Of a stretch of 64,000 nucleotides of DNA, positions 60,280-64,000 are shown one piece after another. The notes under the pieces are model-generated. The model did no database searches. It was not told where the DNA came from and saw nothing but the letters and a program-made list of their open reading frames with translations. Source of the stretch: Ascidiella aspersa (Eukaryota); NCBI GenBank assembly GCA_963924565.1, contig OZ004609.1, positions 33,046,001-33,110,000 of the forward strand, read 5' to 3'. Position numbers and translations under genes: made by a program. The stretch's first letter is position 1, and each line of letters starts with the position of its first letter.

Positions 60280-61280
60280 CCATTTTGCAGAAAGCACATC
60301 AACATAAATTGGAACATATTTTATCAAACGAATAAAGGAAATCATTTGTGACAATTGCGCCCAAGTTGAACTTTATCTGAAAGCTTCTTAGTTTGTTTTC
60401 GATTGTTGAATTGTAGAGGTTGCGGTATATGCTTTTCCAAGGCAAACCTGCACTTCCGCAACCTTAGATACGGTGCCATTCTAATTAAGCTCTAGGAGAA
60501 AGCGGGCTGTTGTTGTATTTGTTTGTAAACCGGTTTGGTGGAGTTTTACTGGTGTGGAAATCTTTTTATTTAATGTTTCGGTTCTATACGATCGTGACGT
60601 TGTTAGGCAACCTGAACCCATTCTTCTGGGAGACTCGATATTAATTTAATGAATTGGTCAAAATCTGTGTTGTTCGATGGAAAGTTAATTTTATTTGCCA
60701 ATGCGTCATATTGTAGGTACTCGCCGTTTATATTTAACAAGTCCTGGTGAAAAATAATACTAGATTGGATGAGCGATGGCGTAAAAAAACATTTGAATGG
60801 TATTTTATTTTTTATTTAGCTAAAGCGGACGGTCTTTGGATTTATGATTTCTAAGTGCTGTTCGTACGCCGTTATTGCGCAACGTAATGTTACCAGCGGG
60901 AGTCGCCTTGTACTACATTGTTTGTTCCTATGGTCCCATCAAGGAACGCTTCTAGTCTGTTGTTTTGGCGAAAATAAGGACCTTCGATTTGTTTCCAATC
61001 AGCCTCCGCATTTTCGTCGAGTTAGATCCATTTCGTATGTTAGGCTAACAAGTAATTATCGATGTTGATCATGTCTGTAAAATCCTCATCACTACCCGAT
61101 AGAAATACTGTGATGTCGTTAGCAAATAGAGGCGCTTTAAATCCCTTGTCATTTATCTTGATGCCGTTGTAGAGACCCTGTCTTAACGCAGCAGCAAGGC
61201 ATTCAATACACAGGACGAATAAAGTTGGAAAGAGAGGATCTCCTTGGCGTACGCCACGTTACATAACTGTTCTTGATGCA
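60280..61280 (-). pseudogene. Decayed L1/Tx1-clade non-LTR retrotransposon ORF2 fragment
   Basis: Minus strand 61260-61090 reads RGVRQGDPLFPTLFVLCIECLAAALRQGLYNGIKINDKGFKAPLFANDITVFLS (RT motifs 4-5, with YADD degenerated to FAND), flanked by stops. Further on, DLLNINGEYLQY...FIKLISSLPEEW and CAFC resemble the L1/Tx1 C-terminus. Confidence 0.8.
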
Positions 61281-62317
61281 ACCTACTTTAAAAATCTACA
61301 GAGTAGAAATATTGTTTTATTTTAAGGTGACGAGTTACTTATTAAAATGATTTATTTATTTATTATTAAGTATTTAAACTCATTTTACAAATGGCAAATA
61401 ACTTTTTCGAACTTGGCATAACATTCAATTTTTTGGGGGTAACTTAAATAAGTGACCTACACCGACCCTACAAGTAGCCTACAAATAAAACAAAAACGAA
61501 TATTTGTATATATTCAGGATGACTAAGGTGCTCCATATATAGAGTGGGGATTGTCTAGTTGATTTGTATTTTAGGAATACACTTCCTAATGAACCGTCCT
61601 GCGACACGAGCTGTATTGCTCGCGTTGCGGATATATGACGGCAAGCATATGCTTTCCGGTTTTGTCAAGGCGCGACTGTTCTGAAACCTAAATTAATATA
61701 GGCCTAACACGTCATAACAATGAGGTTATGTTTAATGATAGAATTAGTGTCACGTATCTCACGTTAAGTCATACGGCGAGCATATATGCAACGAAAGCGT
61801 ACAGAGACGGATACAAGAGGAGGGTGGTCATGCTCCCCGGAACTGTATTATTTGGCTTTTTTAACCACGTAAAATGTTTCCGGTATGTCTTGGTCCAATA
61901 TATCACACACTTTAAAATGAACGTTTGGGCAACATAAACTGTAAATAAGGCTTTTTCGGGATGTACGCGTCTTCTAACGATCTCATACCACTTGGACGCT
62001 CTGTACTGCCACGCGTACCACTTCTGCAGAACAACTAATTTGTTAGAATTATAGCAGCCACTTCGTCATATTGTGTTTACACAAGAGAATTTTGTTTTAA
62101 TCGATGTGTCGTAACGGAAAATTTTCAGTAAAAAATCTGTGGCCTAAATTCTTTGCAATCCTTTCAATGTTTGCGTTACTTCTTGCAGCCAATGTGCAAA
62201 CGATAAACGGAAAGTTTTCGGTAAAATTCCGTTACGTAGATTTCTTGCAACCACATTCTAATGTTTGCGATATACTTGCAGCGAATTTGCAAAAATTCAA
62301 ATTGCTGACACCAATTC

Positions 62318-62874
62318 TTATGCGTTAAGGCATTTACATCCGTTTTAGCATATGTTTTCAAAACACCGCGGTCTGAACATTAATCGGTTTCCCCGGTCGT
62401 GTGATTTCAAACTGTTGACATTTAACTGAAGTCAGAAGCTGTTTCGCAATCGCATTTTGACGTAAAAATTGTATGTTTTGCGTCAGAAATAAGTGTGAAA
62501 AAGGCTTGAGTTACGCCCTCTTTGTCACGTGGTATTTTGTTAAGTATTATAAGAATTAATGACGTAAATCTTTCTTTATTCACAGAAATTTTCAACTTTT
62601 ATGCGTCAAGGCATTTACATCCGTTTTAGCATATGTTTTCAAAACACCGCGGTCTGAACATTAATCGGTTTCCCCGGTCGTGTGATTTCAAACTGTTGAC
62701 ATTTAACTGAAGTCAAAAGCTGTTTCGCAATCGCATTTTGACGTAAAAATTGTATGTTTCGCGTCAGAAATAAGTGTGAAAAAGGCTTAAGCTACGCCCT
62801 TTTTGTCACGTGGTATTTTGTTAAGTATAATAAGAATTAATGACGTAAATCTTTCTTTATTCGCAGAAATTTTC
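62318..62874. repeat. Near-perfect 281-bp tandem duplication
   Basis: tatgcgt.aaggcatttacatccg... at 62319 and 62600; only a handful of substitutions seen. Confidence 0.92.
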
Positions 62875-63429
62875 TTAACTGATTCTCGTCTATAAATAGC
62901 GTGTTCAATCAATATAAAATGGGCTTTCACGGCTTTTACTCAGACAGCCAACTCGAGTACTTTTGTGACTCAAGACAGCAAAATTGACTGTTCATGTATC
63001 TGAACTAAAGGAAAGAAATGGACCTGTCTGGCCTCACGAAGACAGGCCATCTCAAATCTTGAAGGAGTGTGGTCGATTCATCTTGGCAATTATATAAATG
63101 AAGACTCATTAATCCGACCCATACCCCTACAGAATCATATTTTTGTATTTTTAGCTTACAACTGGCATTATTCAACGCTATTTGTAACTTAAGCTGTCAA
63201 ACAGTATAGATGCTATCTATCAAGAGCAATCATTTGAAATAATTAACGCCCACTGTCTCACATTGTTGAACGCTTTACGAAGCAACTGTGCTTCTTGTTG
63301 ACAATTGACTTGACCTGTGTTTTGAAGATCGAAATGATACGAAACAACAGGAATAGTTACATAACATTGAATAGGCTTCGGGGGATTTTTCTTGCAAACA
63401 AAACCAGATAAACAAAATATAACGTTGCA

Positions 63430-63467
63430 ACACTAGTGGTACGCGTACCACAGGTTGGGAACCCCTG
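63430..63467. mobile_element. hAT-like right terminus (left end not resolved)
   Basis: gtggtacgcgtaccacaggttgggaacccctg followed by the Buster-like target ctttaaaa; a related acgcgtaccac lies at ~62011. Confidence 0.45.
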
Positions 63468-64000
63468 CTTTAAAACATAGTTGCCTGTTTTCTTCGCGGC
63501 CAGGATGAACTTAAGTTGGTAAAATTACTCCGATAATTATTACCTCGTTCTAGTCGTTCTTCACGTTTCGCTTAAAATTAACCAAATCGAGAAAAAAATT
63601 TCCACTTGATTTGCGTTGAGAAGAATCGTGTTTTCGCTTTTTATCTCAATATAATGAAGTCGATGTCAAACGAAAGCTTAAAATTATTTTTTACCTAAAC
63701 CCGGATTTTCCTGTGTGTTTACTCGGAATGCAGTACGTTTATGTTGTTTTTGTCAAACACTCCAAACAGTGGCGTACTTTTTTGTAGGATGTTACATCAA
63801 TGACTTCGTTTTGAACGCTGTGTGATATCACCAGAACTCGCCAAAAATATCAAAATAGGTTCAAAATAGTAAAGCTACTGGTTTCCATCGGCTTGCTATT
63901 TTTGCCTTAACTCTCGTGGTTCGTCACCTTGCCATTGACCTCAAAGAAGGTTTAAATTTTAATAAACGCAAACAAATTAACCATATTACGGGTGTACATT

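Overview
AT-rich, intron-containing animal genomic DNA, not prokaryotic. Compact introns, patchy CpG depletion and an operon-like gene pair suggest a tunicate or similar invertebrate, but the taxon is inferred. Four spliced genes were reconstructed by hand from GT-AG boundaries and phase continuity: (1) an unrecognised ~131-aa ubiquitin-fold protein (+, 917-2163); (2) DHRSX (+, 2458-5514); (3) a plasma-membrane SLC9A Na+/H+ exchanger with NHE1/2-like membrane motifs and an NHE3/5-like tail (+, 7398-34347); (4) NSUN7 (-, 58853-37874), which lacks both the motif IV Asp and the motif VI catalytic Cys. An intact Ty3/gypsy (Mag-like) LTR retrotransposon (46970-51677) sits antisense in an NSUN7 intron, with identical 182-bp LTRs, a 5-bp TSD, a tRNA-Ser(GCT) PBS and a single gag-pol ORF. 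The introns carry several hAT-type MITE families with 8-bp TSDs, one nested pair and tandem duplications. A decayed L1/Tx1-like LINE lies upstream of NSUN7. Most short ORFs in the track are exon fragments or noise. Protein comparisons are from memory of the families, not from database searches.
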